From the NCBI GenBank assembly GCA_025928955.1, contig JAICNA010000003.1:1-34879 (forward strand): 34,879 nt of DNA, read 5' to 3'. The DNA is from Gemmatimonadales bacterium (GTDB taxonomy: Bacteria > Gemmatimonadota > Gemmatimonadetes > Gemmatimonadales > GWC2-71-9). The notes beneath the pieces were generated by a model, which did no database searches, had not been told where the DNA came from, and was given only the letters and a program-made list of their open reading frames with translations. Positions within the stretch are counted from its first letter, which is position 1. Each line of letters begins with the position of its first letter. Both the position numbers and the translations under genes were made by a program. This document shows, piece by piece, positions 9,601 to 17,880 of the stretch.

Positions 9601-12600
9601 CCCGCCATCGCGCATGCCCTCGGCGCGCCGGCCATCGCCCGCGAACAGCGGCTCTCGCCGGACGCGAGAGGGCAGGTGATCCGGTACGCCCTGTTGCACT
9701 GGCGGTACTTCGAGACCTTCGTGACGGCCGAGACGAACTGGCTGGCGCCGGACAACTTCCAGGAAGACCCCACGCCCACCGTCGCGATGCGCACGTCGCC
9801 CACGAACATCGGGCTGCAGCTCATTTCCACGGTGAGCGCGGCGGACCTCGGCTTCATCGGGATCGGGCAGGCCGCGGAGCGGCTCGAGCGCGCCCTCCGC
9901 TCGCTCGAGCGGATGCGGCGATTCCGCGGGCACTTCTACAACTGGTACGGCCTCGCGGACCTGCACGTCCTCGAGCCGGGCTACATCTCGACGGTGGACA
10001 GCGGCAATCTCGCCGGGCACCTGATCGCGCTCCGGCAGGGCTGCCTCGAGCTGATCGAGACGCCGGCGGTCGATGCGCGGCTCATCAGGGCCGTCGAAAC
10101 GGCGCTCGATCTCTGCGAGCTCGCCCTGCTGGCCGCCCGCAACGCCCCAGAGGCGGATGGTGCCGAGCGGGCCGCTCGCAAGATTCCCGGCGAACTCGGT
10201 GCGGCGCGAGCCGCCGCGAAGGAGGCGCGCCGGGCACCGGTCTCGACGGCGGGGATCGAGAGCCTGGCCCAGCTGCTCCGGCGCGCGGAAGCCGCGCTTC
10301 GCGCAGACCGCGCCGAGGATGCCTACTGGGTGAGCTGGTCCCTCGCGCTCCTCGAGGCGCAGCGTCCCTGGATCTCGCTCGCCGAGCGGCAGCCCGCCGC
10401 GACGCTGCGCGAGCTCGCGCGCGATTCGGCGGAGGCCGCACGCCTCGTGTCGCGCCTCGAGGCGCTCGGTGAGCGGGCCTTCCAGTATGCGATGGACATG
10501 GACTTCCGCTTCCTCTTCGACGAGCAGCGACGCCTCTTCGCGATCGGGTTCCAGCAGACGAGCCACACCCTCGATGGATCCTATTACGACCTGCTCGCGT
10601 CCGAGGCCCGGCTCGCGAGCTTCGTGGCCATCGCCAAGAACGACGTGCCGGTCGAGCACTGGTTCCGCCTCGGGCGGACGCTCACGCGGGCGAGCGGCGC
10701 GCCGGCGCTCGTGTCGTGGAGCGGCAGCATGTTCGAATACCTCATGCCGATGCTGGTGATGCGGTCGTTCCCCTTCACGGTGCTGGCGGAAACGTACGAA
10801 GGGGCGGTGCAGCGGCACGCGTCATACGGCGCCGAGCGTAATGTGCCGTGGGGCGTGAGCGAGAGCGCTTACAACGTGCGGGACCGCACCTACACTTATC
10901 AGTACCGCGCCTTCGGCGTCCCCGACCTCGCCCTCAAGCGCGGCCTCGGTCGCGACCTCGTCGTGGCACCGTACGCGTCGATCCTGGCCGCGATGGTCGA
11001 GGCGCGCCGGGCCCTGCCGAACCTCATCCAGCTCGAGTCCCTGGGCCTGCTCGGCCCCTACGGGTTCCGGGAGGCGGTCGACTTCACGCGCCCCGATCCC
11101 GAGAAGGAGTTCGCGGTCGTCCGCGCCTACATGGCCCATCACATCGGCATGGGGCTCGTGGCGCTGACCAACATCCTCGCCGGGCAGGTCTGGCAGCGGC
11201 GATTCCACGCCGACCCGATGGTGCGCGCCGCGGAGCTGCTCCTGCACGAGCGCATCCCGCGGCGGCTCGTGATTCACCGGGCGCAGGGCGCGCGCCTCGA
11301 CGAGGCGCTGCCCGAACCGGAGATGGAGCGGCCCGCCGTCCGCGAGATCGAATCGGCGGACACGCGACGCCCGCACGTGGCGCTGCTTGGCCAGCTCCCA
11401 TACACGATCATGATCAGTCATTGCGGCGGCGGCTACAGCCGGTACGGGGGCATGGCCGTGACCCGCTGGCGCTCGGACGGGACGCGCGACGCCACCGGGC
11501 AGTTCTGCTACGTGCGCGACAACTCGACCGGGCAGGTCTGGTCGGCAACGCACCAGCCGGTCGGCGCCACGGCGGACTGGTACCGCGCCTACCTGGCCAC
11601 CGATCGCGTGACCGTGCACCGCGCGGACGGCGAGATCGAGACGCGCACCGAGATCGCGGTGGTACCCGAAGACTCCGCGGAGGTGCGGCGCGTGACGGTG
11701 ACGAACAACTCCGACGCCGTCCGTGAGGTCGACCTCACGAGCTATGGCGAGATCGTGCTCGCGGCGCCCGAGTCGGACCGCGCGCACCCCGCGTTCGGCA
11801 ACCTCTTCGTCGAGACCGAGTATCACGCGTGGTGCTCCGCGATCACCGCCACGCGGCGCCCGCGCTCCGGCAAGGAGCAGCCGATCTGGTGCGTGCACGT
11901 GGTCGCGACCGGCAGCGAGCGCGCCGACGCGGTGACGTGCGAGACCGACCGCGCGCGCTTCCTCGGCCGCGGGCGGACGACGGCCGATCCGGTGTCCGTG
12001 GAGAACGGGACACCGCTCTCCGGCACCACCGGCGCGGTGCTCGATCCCATCTTCGCGCTGCGCGTCCGGCTCCGGCTGGAGCCGGGTCAGGCGGCGAGCG
12101 CCTCGTTCACGACGCTCATTGCCCCGAATCGCGAACGGGCATTCGAGCTGGCGGATCGCTACAACGATCCGCATGCAGCCCAGCGGGCACTCGACCTCGC
12201 CTGGACCTCCACGCAGATCGAGCTCCGGGAGCTCGGCGTGACGCCCACGGAAGCGGCGGTGTTTCAGGAGCTGGCAGGCGACCTCCTCTATGGCGCAGCC
12301 GCGCGTCGCGCGACGCAGGCCGAGCTCCGGCTCAACCGCGGATCGCAGCCCCTGCTCTGGGCCAACGGCGTCTCGGGCGACTGGCCGATCCTCCTCGCGA
12401 CGATCGAGTCCGCCGAGGGCCTGCCGACGCTGCGCCAGCTCCTCACGGCGCACCGGTACTGGCGCCGGCGCGGCATGACGGTGGACCTCGTGATTCTCAA
12501 GACGCAGCCCTCGCAATACCTGGGGGATCTGTCCGAGCGGGTCACGGCGCTGCTGCACACGGTGGGCGAGAGCGGCGTGTTCGACCAGTCGGGCGGCGTC

Positions 12601-15324
12601 TTCATTCGCCAGGCGGACCAGCTCGGCGCCGACGAGCTCGCCATGCTGCGCGCCACTGCCCGTCTCCACGTCAACTGCGACGGCCGCGCGCTCGGGAGGA
12701 TTACCGAGGCCGCCGCGCCGTACGACGCGGCCGATCAGGATGAGGAGGAGTCGGCAGCGGCGCCCGACGAGCCGCGGAGCCCGGAGCGGCGGCGCCAGTC
12801 CCGCGTCGCGCGCGCGGTCCGGCGCCTCGGCGGGGCCCTTCCGTCGTTTCTCGCGCCGCTCGGCCCCGGGTCGGCGCCGGCCCATCCGCCGGGACCGGGC
12901 GCCGGCGCGCGCCACAGCGCGACGCCGGGGCTCGAGAACGGATTCGGGCGGCTCGCGCCGGATGGCGCGTACGAGATCGAGGTCGCGGGCGATCGCGTAC
13001 CGCCGGCACCATGGATCAACGTCGTCGCGAACCGCGCGGGCGGGTTCATCGTGTCGGAGCGCGGCGGCGGATGCGCCTGGGCGGAGAACAGCTTCTTCTA
13101 CCGGCTCACGCCGTGGCACAACGATCCGGTGAGCGATCCGGTGACCGACGCGATCTACCTGCAGGACTCGGCGAGCGGCGCACTCTGGACGGCGACACCC
13201 GGACCGGTGGACACCGGCGCGACGTTCACGGTCCGCCACGGACCGGGATATTCGTCGTTCGAGTCGGTGCACGATACGATCCGGACGCACCTCACGCTCG
13301 GCATGGCGGACGAGGCGCCGATACGCGTCTCGGTGCTCCGGGTCACGAACGAGGGCGCTGCCCCGCGCAGCCTCACGGTCACCAGCTATCTCGAATGGGC
13401 GCTCGGCGCGCTGCGTGAGCACACCCAGCACACCATCCGCACGGAGTTCGACGCCGGCACGGGAACGATCTACGCGTCGAACACGTTCGACCCCAGCTTC
13501 GCGTCGTGGCTGGCGTTCCACTCCATCAGCGCGGCCGTGTCGGCCCATACCGCGAGCCGGCGGGACTTCCTCGGCAGGAACGGATCACCGGCCGCACCCG
13601 CTGCGCTGGTGCACGGAGAGCCACTGGGCGGGCGAACAGGCGTCGGCAAGGACCCCTGTGCGGCGCTCCAGTGCCTGCTCGAGCTCGATCCGGGCGAGAC
13701 GCGGGAAGTCGTCCTCATCCTCGGCGCGGCGGCGTCGGCGGAGGAGGCCCGGCGCCTCGTGGCGGAACACCGTGACGGGCGCGTGGCGCGCGCTGCGCTC
13801 GACCGGTCCATCGAGGGGTGGTCCCGGCGGCTCTCGGTGGTGCAGGTCCGCACTCCCGAGCCGACCTTCGACGCGATGCTCAACCAATGGACCCTCTATC
13901 AGGCGCTCGCCTGCCGGATGTGGGGGCGGACGGCGCTCTATCAGAGCAGCGGCGCCTACGGATTCCGCGACCAGCTCCAGGACTCGATGGCCTTCCTGCA
14001 CGCCGAGGCGGGCGTCTCGCGCGAGCACCTGCTCCGTGCCGCGTCACGGCAGTTCCTGGAGGGGGATGTGCAGCACTGGTGGCATCCGCATAACGGGCGC
14101 GGTGTCCGGACGCGGTTCTCCGACGACCTCGCGTGGCTTCCGTTCGTCGTCGAGCATTACGTCGGCGTCACGGGGGACACTGCGGTGCTCGACGAACAGG
14201 TGCCGTTCCTGTCGATGCGGCTGCTCGAGCCGGAGGAACACGAGGTCTACGACCTGCCGGAGGTCGTGGCGCAGCGCGCGTCCCTCTACGACCATTGCCT
14301 TCTCGCGCTCCGGCGCGCGTGCACGACGGGAGCGCACGGCCTCCCGCTGATCGGCATCGGCGACTGGAACGACGGGATGAACCGGGTGGGGGTGGAGGGG
14401 CGCGGCGAAAGCGTGTGGCTCGCCTGGTTCCTGATCACGACCCTGCGGAGATTTGCCGCGCTCGCCGATGCGCGCAGCGACGACGCGACGGCATCCGAGC
14501 TTCGCGCGCAAGCCGATGCCTATGCCGCCGCCGTCGAGATGCACGCCTGGGACGGCGCCTGGTATCGCCGGGCGTGGTTCGACGACGGCACGCCGCTCGG
14601 ATCGTCGGAGAGCGAGGAGTGCCGGATCGATTCCATCGCGCAGAGCTGGAGCGTGATCTCCGGTGCCGGCGCGCCCGGGCGGCAGGCGCAGGCGATGCAG
14701 TCACTCGAGACGCACCTCGTGCGGGAGGACGCCCGCCTGCTCATGCTGCTGACGCCGCCGTTCGACAAGACGCCGCTCGATCCCGGGTACATCAAGGGCT
14801 ACCTGCCCGGGGTGCGCGAGAACGGGGCGCAATACACCCATGCGGCGCTGTGGGCGGTGCTGGCGACGGCGCTCCAGGGCAACGGAGACCGGGCGCTCGA
14901 GCTGTACCAGATGATCAATCCGCTCACGCACGCCCGAACGCCGGCTGACGTCGCCACCTACAAGGTGGAACCGTATGTCGTCGCGGCGGACGTCTACACG
15001 GCCGAGGGGCACCTGGGCCGCGGCGGTTGGACGTGGTACACCGGGTCGGCAAGCTGGATGTACCGGATCGGCCTCGAGGGCATCCTGGGACTCGAAAAGC
15101 GCGGGAATTCCCTCCACATCCAGCCACGCGCCCCCGCCGCATGGCAGGAGTACCAGATCGAGTACCGCTTCGGTGGAAGTACCTACGCCATCACGGTGCG
15201 GCGAGACGCCGGCACGACGTCGGTCGTCGCAGCCGTGGACGGCACGGAAACTCCGGACGGAAGCATTCCGCTCGTCGACGATGGACGGCGGCACGACGTC
15301 GTGGTGCGCCGGCCGGCGACGTGA
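6682..15324 (+). CDS. ndvB: Cyclic beta-1,2-glucan synthase (Cgs/NdvB/ChvB: GT84, cyclase domain, GH94-like phosphorylase)
   Basis: About 2880 aa. WLLDNYY, WMGWERKRGKL, YVITLDSDT, LLSHDLIEG, RWTRGDWQL, TM helices, PDNFQE, TSPTNIG, YYDLLASEAR, SWSGSMFEYLMP, WGVSES; GH94 motifs YQSSGAYGFRDQLQD, GDWNDGMN, ENGAQYTH, WYTGSA. Exact start is uncertain. Confidence 0.95.
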   Translation: MLAGPIRGDLLGAERLAERAQALAKSQRLARGGRRKTPLLARLDSTRSILAGAHRRLLDAADSGREVGPAGDWLLDNYYVVQEHIGEVRESLPSGYYRELPELATGSLAGYPRVYELAITLISHTEGRIDLQNTSSFVGAFQQSATLTIGELWAIPAMLRLGLIENVRRMALRTVQRLDSLEAADAAAAGILAAQADEPALEAALQDFISRRPPLDAIFVSRFLHQLRSEGGAHPTLRRLEQWVTEEAFGAEEATSRSTQRLALTQIAMANSISSLRAVGRMDWKTFVEAQSRIEHILRADPSGDYARMTFATRDRYRHVVENMARRTRKPETAVAELAIECARHGAALHPGAARYAHVGYYLVDDGVAELERLTGYRPHIREGLYRWVHRHPDVVFVGGVAAATAAALAALLWLGGAGVRTEWLAALLLAFIPANDIAVNVVNQLVTALLPPRLLPKLDLREHGIPPEFRTAVVIPTLFASLEAVEESLENLEVQFLANREAHLHFALLSDFTDAPTETRRGDEAIVAAAADGIRELNRRYAAATGDAFYLFHRPRRWNPQEGVWMGWERKRGKLAEFNRFVLGEEGSGFSTIVGDVTPLRSVRYVITLDSDTVLPPEAAALLVGALAHPLNRAEYDPARGRVVRGYGILQPRVGVSLPSAHRSLFASIHSGHPGVDPYTTAVSDVYQDLYGEGSFAGKGVYDVAAFEQATGGRFPENALLSHDLIEGNYARAGLATDVIVYDDYPARYLTYTRRKHRWTRGDWQLLPWLRRRVPAAGGREPNRLSLLSRWKIVDNLRRSVVEIAQLTFLLAGWLFMPVTPIRWTLVGLGAIAAPWVVSLLLAIVRPPFDKSWRAYYGAVARDAATSAKQFALAVVYLPHQAWNSADAIVRALWRMAVSRKHLLEWQTAVQTERSTEDSASVVWRAMWPAALVAALVLAIILWRAAPGSSHPAPLWQLGVGLLTLVIAWAVSPAIAHALGAPAIAREQRLSPDARGQVIRYALLHWRYFETFVTAETNWLAPDNFQEDPTPTVAMRTSPTNIGLQLISTVSAADLGFIGIGQAAERLERALRSLERMRRFRGHFYNWYGLADLHVLEPGYISTVDSGNLAGHLIALRQGCLELIETPAVDARLIRAVETALDLCELALLAARNAPEADGAERAARKIPGELGAARAAAKEARRAPVSTAGIESLAQLLRRAEAALRADRAEDAYWVSWSLALLEAQRPWISLAERQPAATLRELARDSAEAARLVSRLEALGERAFQYAMDMDFRFLFDEQRRLFAIGFQQTSHTLDGSYYDLLASEARLASFVAIAKNDVPVEHWFRLGRTLTRASGAPALVSWSGSMFEYLMPMLVMRSFPFTVLAETYEGAVQRHASYGAERNVPWGVSESAYNVRDRTYTYQYRAFGVPDLALKRGLGRDLVVAPYASILAAMVEARRALPNLIQLESLGLLGPYGFREAVDFTRPDPEKEFAVVRAYMAHHIGMGLVALTNILAGQVWQRRFHADPMVRAAELLLHERIPRRLVIHRAQGARLDEALPEPEMERPAVREIESADTRRPHVALLGQLPYTIMISHCGGGYSRYGGMAVTRWRSDGTRDATGQFCYVRDNSTGQVWSATHQPVGATADWYRAYLATDRVTVHRADGEIETRTEIAVVPEDSAEVRRVTVTNNSDAVREVDLTSYGEIVLAAPESDRAHPAFGNLFVETEYHAWCSAITATRRPRSGKEQPIWCVHVVATGSERADAVTCETDRARFLGRGRTTADPVSVENGTPLSGTTGAVLDPIFALRVRLRLEPGQAASASFTTLIAPNRERAFELADRYNDPHAAQRALDLAWTSTQIELRELGVTPTEAAVFQELAGDLLYGAAARRATQAELRLNRGSQPLLWANGVSGDWPILLATIESAEGLPTLRQLLTAHRYWRRRGMTVDLVILKTQPSQYLGDLSERVTALLHTVGESGVFDQSGGVFIRQADQLGADELAMLRATARLHVNCDGRALGRITEAAAPYDAADQDEEESAAAPDEPRSPERRRQSRVARAVRRLGGALPSFLAPLGPGSAPAHPPGPGAGARHSATPGLENGFGRLAPDGAYEIEVAGDRVPPAPWINVVANRAGGFIVSERGGGCAWAENSFFYRLTPWHNDPVSDPVTDAIYLQDSASGALWTATPGPVDTGATFTVRHGPGYSSFESVHDTIRTHLTLGMADEAPIRVSVLRVTNEGAAPRSLTVTSYLEWALGALREHTQHTIRTEFDAGTGTIYASNTFDPSFASWLAFHSISAAVSAHTASRRDFLGRNGSPAAPAALVHGEPLGGRTGVGKDPCAALQCLLELDPGETREVVLILGAAASAEEARRLVAEHRDGRVARAALDRSIEGWSRRLSVVQVRTPEPTFDAMLNQWTLYQALACRMWGRTALYQSSGAYGFRDQLQDSMAFLHAEAGVSREHLLRAASRQFLEGDVQHWWHPHNGRGVRTRFSDDLAWLPFVVEHYVGVTGDTAVLDEQVPFLSMRLLEPEEHEVYDLPEVVAQRASLYDHCLLALRRACTTGAHGLPLIGIGDWNDGMNRVGVEGRGESVWLAWFLITTLRRFAALADARSDDATASELRAQADAYAAAVEMHAWDGAWYRRAWFDDGTPLGSSESEECRIDSIAQSWSVISGAGAPGRQAQAMQSLETHLVREDARLLMLLTPPFDKTPLDPGYIKGYLPGVRENGAQYTHAALWAVLATALQGNGDRALELYQMINPLTHARTPADVATYKVEPYVVAADVYTAEGHLGRGGWTWYTGSASWMYRIGLEGILGLEKRGNSLHIQPRAPAAWQEYQIEYRFGGSTYAITVRRDAGTTSVVAAVDGTETPDGSIPLVDDGRRHDVVVRRPAT

Positions 15325-15372
15325 CGCCCGCCGATCCGGGTCACGATCCGTCATGCCAGGTCAGGATCCGTC
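15321..15372. repeat. Imperfect hairpin plus a 20-nt-period direct repeat between convergent genes
   Basis: GTGAC (15321) ... GTCAC (15340-15344) inverted pair; GGTCACGATCCGTC (15339-15352) vs GGTCAGGATCCGTC (15359-15372), 13 of 14 identical. Confidence 0.45.
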
Positions 15373-15672
15373 GTACTCGACCGACTGGTTCGGCGTTTCC
15401 CAGAGGCGGAGCCGGGTGAGGCGGGCAGGCAGGAAGCGCGGCGCAAGCTCGCCCCAGAAGGCCACGACCAGGTTCTCGGCGGTGGGCGCCGCGACGCCCG
15501 CGTCAATGACCCGCTTCACGGCCTCCCGCGCGACGTCACGCACGACATCGAAGTCGACCACCGACCCGGTCTCATCCACCGGGCCGGTGATCGATACTTC
15601 GAGCGCGTACGAAAGATCCCGTCCATGGTGGACGGCGTCGAACGTGACGCGGCGGATCACCGTGAGATTCAC
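15361..15672 (-). CDS. Shortened QueD/PTPS-like T-fold protein
   Basis: Y.LEVSITGPVD.TG.VVDF, PTAENLV, LRLWETPNQSVEY match the 6-pyruvoyl-tetrahydropterin synthase family, but the Cys/HGH loop is missing. GTGA overlap with DUF4142. Confidence 0.75.
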   Translation of the reverse strand: MNLTVIRRVTFDAVHHGRDLSYALEVSITGPVDETGSVVDFDVVRDVAREAVKRVIDAGVAAPTAENLVVAFWGELAPRFLPARLTRLRLWETPNQSVEYDGS

Positions 15673-16202
15673 TTCGCGGCGAGCTTCTTCGCGATCTGCG
15701 CTGCGGCATCGCGATGACCTTCGAAGGCCGGAGCGACCTTCACGACGAGGGCCCGGAGCTCGTCGTTGCTGATGGCGGGCAGCAGGGTCGTCGTCACGGC
15801 ATCGAGCACTCCCTGATGAAAGGCGACTTCGTGCGCGAGGAAGGCCTGGTCGAACTCGACGGCGGGCACCCGGCGCAGGCGTGCCATGGCTGCCGCGTGG
15901 GCCTTCGCGGCGCTGCTGTCCGCGGGGGGCGTCGGCGTGACGCCGAGCTTCGCGGCCAGATCCCGGCCCATCTGGCGAACGGCCTTGTGGTCCCGCATCA
16001 GCATCTGCCCGTAGTCGCGGACTTCCTGGCTTCGGCCACGCTCGACCGCGAGCGCTCCGGTTTCGATGTCCGCCGTGTTGGCTGCGTCGAATATGGCGAC
16101 GATCGTCGCGTCATCGAGAGGGGCCGGCGTCGATACGGCGCCAGCCACGAGGGCGACCGATGCAACGCCGCCGAGGAGTGCAAGAATGGACCTGCGCATC
16201 AT
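15669..16202 (-). CDS. DUF4142 domain secreted protein (ferritin-like bundle)
   Basis: Signal peptide; ANTADIETGALA, VRDYGQMLMRDH, FDQAFLAHEVAFHQ, PAFEGHRDAA. Confidence 0.85.
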   Translation of the reverse strand: MMRRSILALLGGVASVALVAGAVSTPAPLDDATIVAIFDAANTADIETGALAVERGRSQEVRDYGQMLMRDHKAVRQMGRDLAAKLGVTPTPPADSSAAKAHAAAMARLRRVPAVEFDQAFLAHEVAFHQGVLDAVTTTLLPAISNDELRALVVKVAPAFEGHRDAAAQIAKKLAAK

Positions 16203-16225
16203 GTGTCTCCGAAAGGGTGAGACCC

Positions 16226-16254
16226 ACGATACGCCCGAAAATGGAATAAGTCAA
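16226..16254 (-). promoter_or_regulatory. Sigma70-type promoter for the DUF4142-QueD-like operon
   Basis: Minus strand: TTGACT (16254-16249), 17-nt spacer, TATCGT (16231-16226), inside an AT-rich intergenic patch. Confidence 0.6.
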
Positions 16255-16266
16255 GGTTTTCCTTGA
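16251..16266. promoter_or_regulatory. Inverted repeat in the divergent promoter region (candidate operator)
   Basis: TCAAGG-TTTT-CCTTGA, overlapping the -35 of the leftward promoter. Confidence 0.45.
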
Positions 16267-16321
16267 GATATTGGACGAATCAGTCCCGTATCGATAGATT
16301 CCCAGAGACCCGGGAGGCTCG

Positions 16322-16960
16322 ATGCAGCTGCGCACTGGCGAAAAACGGTTTCTGGAAACCACACGCGGACAACTGGTTACGCTGCTCAGGCGGGGGCCGC
16401 AGCCGGTCGATGCGCTCGCGGCATCGCTCGGCCTCACACCCAACGCGGTGCGCGCTCACCTCCTCACGCTCGAGCGCGACGGGCTGGTCCGTCAGCGGGG
16501 CACCAGACGCGGCCAGGGCGCGGGGAAGCCGGCGACCCTGTTCGAGCTGCATCCCGACGCTGAGACCATGATGTCCCGCGCCTACGCTCCGGTGCTCCGC
16601 GCCCTGCTCGAGGAGCTCGCCTCGACGCTCCCGCCCGATCAGCTCGAATCGCTGCTCGATGGGCTCGGCCGTCGGCTTGCCGGCGAAAACCCCACCGGTA
16701 CGGGGGCACCCTCCCGCCCGCGTGCAGAAGCCGCGGCGGACGTCCTCCGTTCGCTCGGCGGGCTCGTCGAGGTCGAAGAGCGGGACGGCCTGCCGGTCAT
16801 TCGCGGCTATGGCTGCCCGCTCGCGGTCGCCGTCGAGCGGCGGCCCGAGGCGTGCCGCGCCGTGCAGTCGCTGCTGCGGGAAGTGGTCGGCAGCGAAGTG
16901 CGCCTCTGCTGCAGCTACGAAGAGCGCCCGAGCTGCTGCTTCGAGCTGCCCGCGGCATGA
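16322..16960 (+). CDS. ArsR/SufR-like HTH regulator with a Cys-rich C-terminal domain
   Basis: SD GGGAGG; LAASLGLTPNAVRAHLLTLERDGLV, GAGKPA; C-terminus GCPL...ACRAV...LCC...PSCCF. Confidence 0.87.
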   Translation: MQLRTGEKRFLETTRGQLVTLLRRGPQPVDALAASLGLTPNAVRAHLLTLERDGLVRQRGTRRGQGAGKPATLFELHPDAETMMSRAYAPVLRALLEELASTLPPDQLESLLDGLGRRLAGENPTGTGAPSRPRAEAAADVLRSLGGLVEVEERDGLPVIRGYGCPLAVAVERRPEACRAVQSLLREVVGSEVRLCCSYEERPSCCFELPAA

Positions 16961-17874
16961 ACGTTCCACGGATCACCCGGCGTAACCTCCTCCTGCGCGC
17001 GGGGGCCATCACGGCGATCGCCGGAATGCCTCGCCCGCTGCTGGCATTGGCCGGACTCCCGGCGAGTCCCGATGAGGAGCGGCTCGCGGCGTGGGTGGCG
17101 AAGCTTCGGGCGGAAGGATTGACGGCTCAGGATGTCGCGTTCGGCCGTGCCGTCATCCGCGCCGCCGAGCTCGCGATCGGTACGCCGTACGAGGCGGCTA
17201 CGCTGGAGGCGTACCTGAAGAACGGGGGCTCGCCACGGCGCGAGCCACTCACGATTTCGCTGACGCGGTTCGACTGCGTGACGCTCGTGGAGGCATCGAT
17301 CGCCGTGGCGCGGCTCGCCGTACGTCCCGGAGCCCCGGCGTGGGCCGACTTCGGCCGCGAAGTCGAGCGCATGCGGTATCGCGACGGCCTCCGAATCGGA
17401 TACGCGTCGCGCCTGCACTATTTCAGCGAGTGGATCAGTGACGGCAGCCGCCGGGGATTGCTCAGTGACCTGGGACGGACCTTCGGCGGAATCCGCGACG
17501 AGCGGCCGCTTCGCTTCATGACCGAGCATCGCGACGCCTACCCCGCCCTGGCCGACGACGCCGCTTTCCTCGAGATCGGCGCGATGGAGCGGCGGCTCGA
17601 CGGCGTACCGCGGTATTTCATCCCCCGCGCCGCCCTGGACGACGCCGCTGACTGCATCGAGACGGGCGATGTCGTGGCATTCGTCACGGGGATTCCGGGG
17701 CTCGATGTGACGCACGCTGCGTTCGCCTGGCGTGATGGGCGCGCACTCCGCGTGCTGCACGCGCCGCTCTCGGGAGGCGTCGTCGAGGTGACGCGGACGA
17801 CGCTTCCCGAATATGTCGCCGCGATCCGGAACTGCACCGGGATTCTCGTCGCCCGGCCGCTCCGCGCCGCGTAG
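16957..17874 (+). CDS. DUF1460 N-acetylmuramoyl-L-alanine amidase-like protein (NlpC/P60 superfamily), Tat-exported
   Basis: ATGA overlap with the regulator; TRRNLL Tat motif; GTPY, FDCVTLVE (catalytic Cys), SRLHYFSEW, GLDVTH, LHA. Confidence 0.88.
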   Translation: MNVPRITRRNLLLRAGAITAIAGMPRPLLALAGLPASPDEERLAAWVAKLRAEGLTAQDVAFGRAVIRAAELAIGTPYEAATLEAYLKNGGSPRREPLTISLTRFDCVTLVEASIAVARLAVRPGAPAWADFGREVERMRYRDGLRIGYASRLHYFSEWISDGSRRGLLSDLGRTFGGIRDERPLRFMTEHRDAYPALADDAAFLEIGAMERRLDGVPRYFIPRAALDDAADCIETGDVVAFVTGIPGLDVTHAAFAWRDGRALRVLHAPLSGGVVEVTRTTLPEYVAAIRNCTGILVARPLRAA

Positions 17875-17880
17875 GCGCGT

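Noticed and set aside
6544-13548. Very long antisense ORFs (6544-10818, 1424 aa; 10822-13548, 908 aa)
   Set aside because: They shadow the Cgs gene. High-GC codon bias suppresses antisense stops, and the translations are Arg/Gly-rich with no motifs.
5542-15324. ATPase and Cgs in the same frame with a single TAA between them (readthrough fusion)
   Set aside because: Same-frame chance is 1 in 3, stops are rare in GC-rich spacers, TAA is a strong stop, and both proteins look complete.
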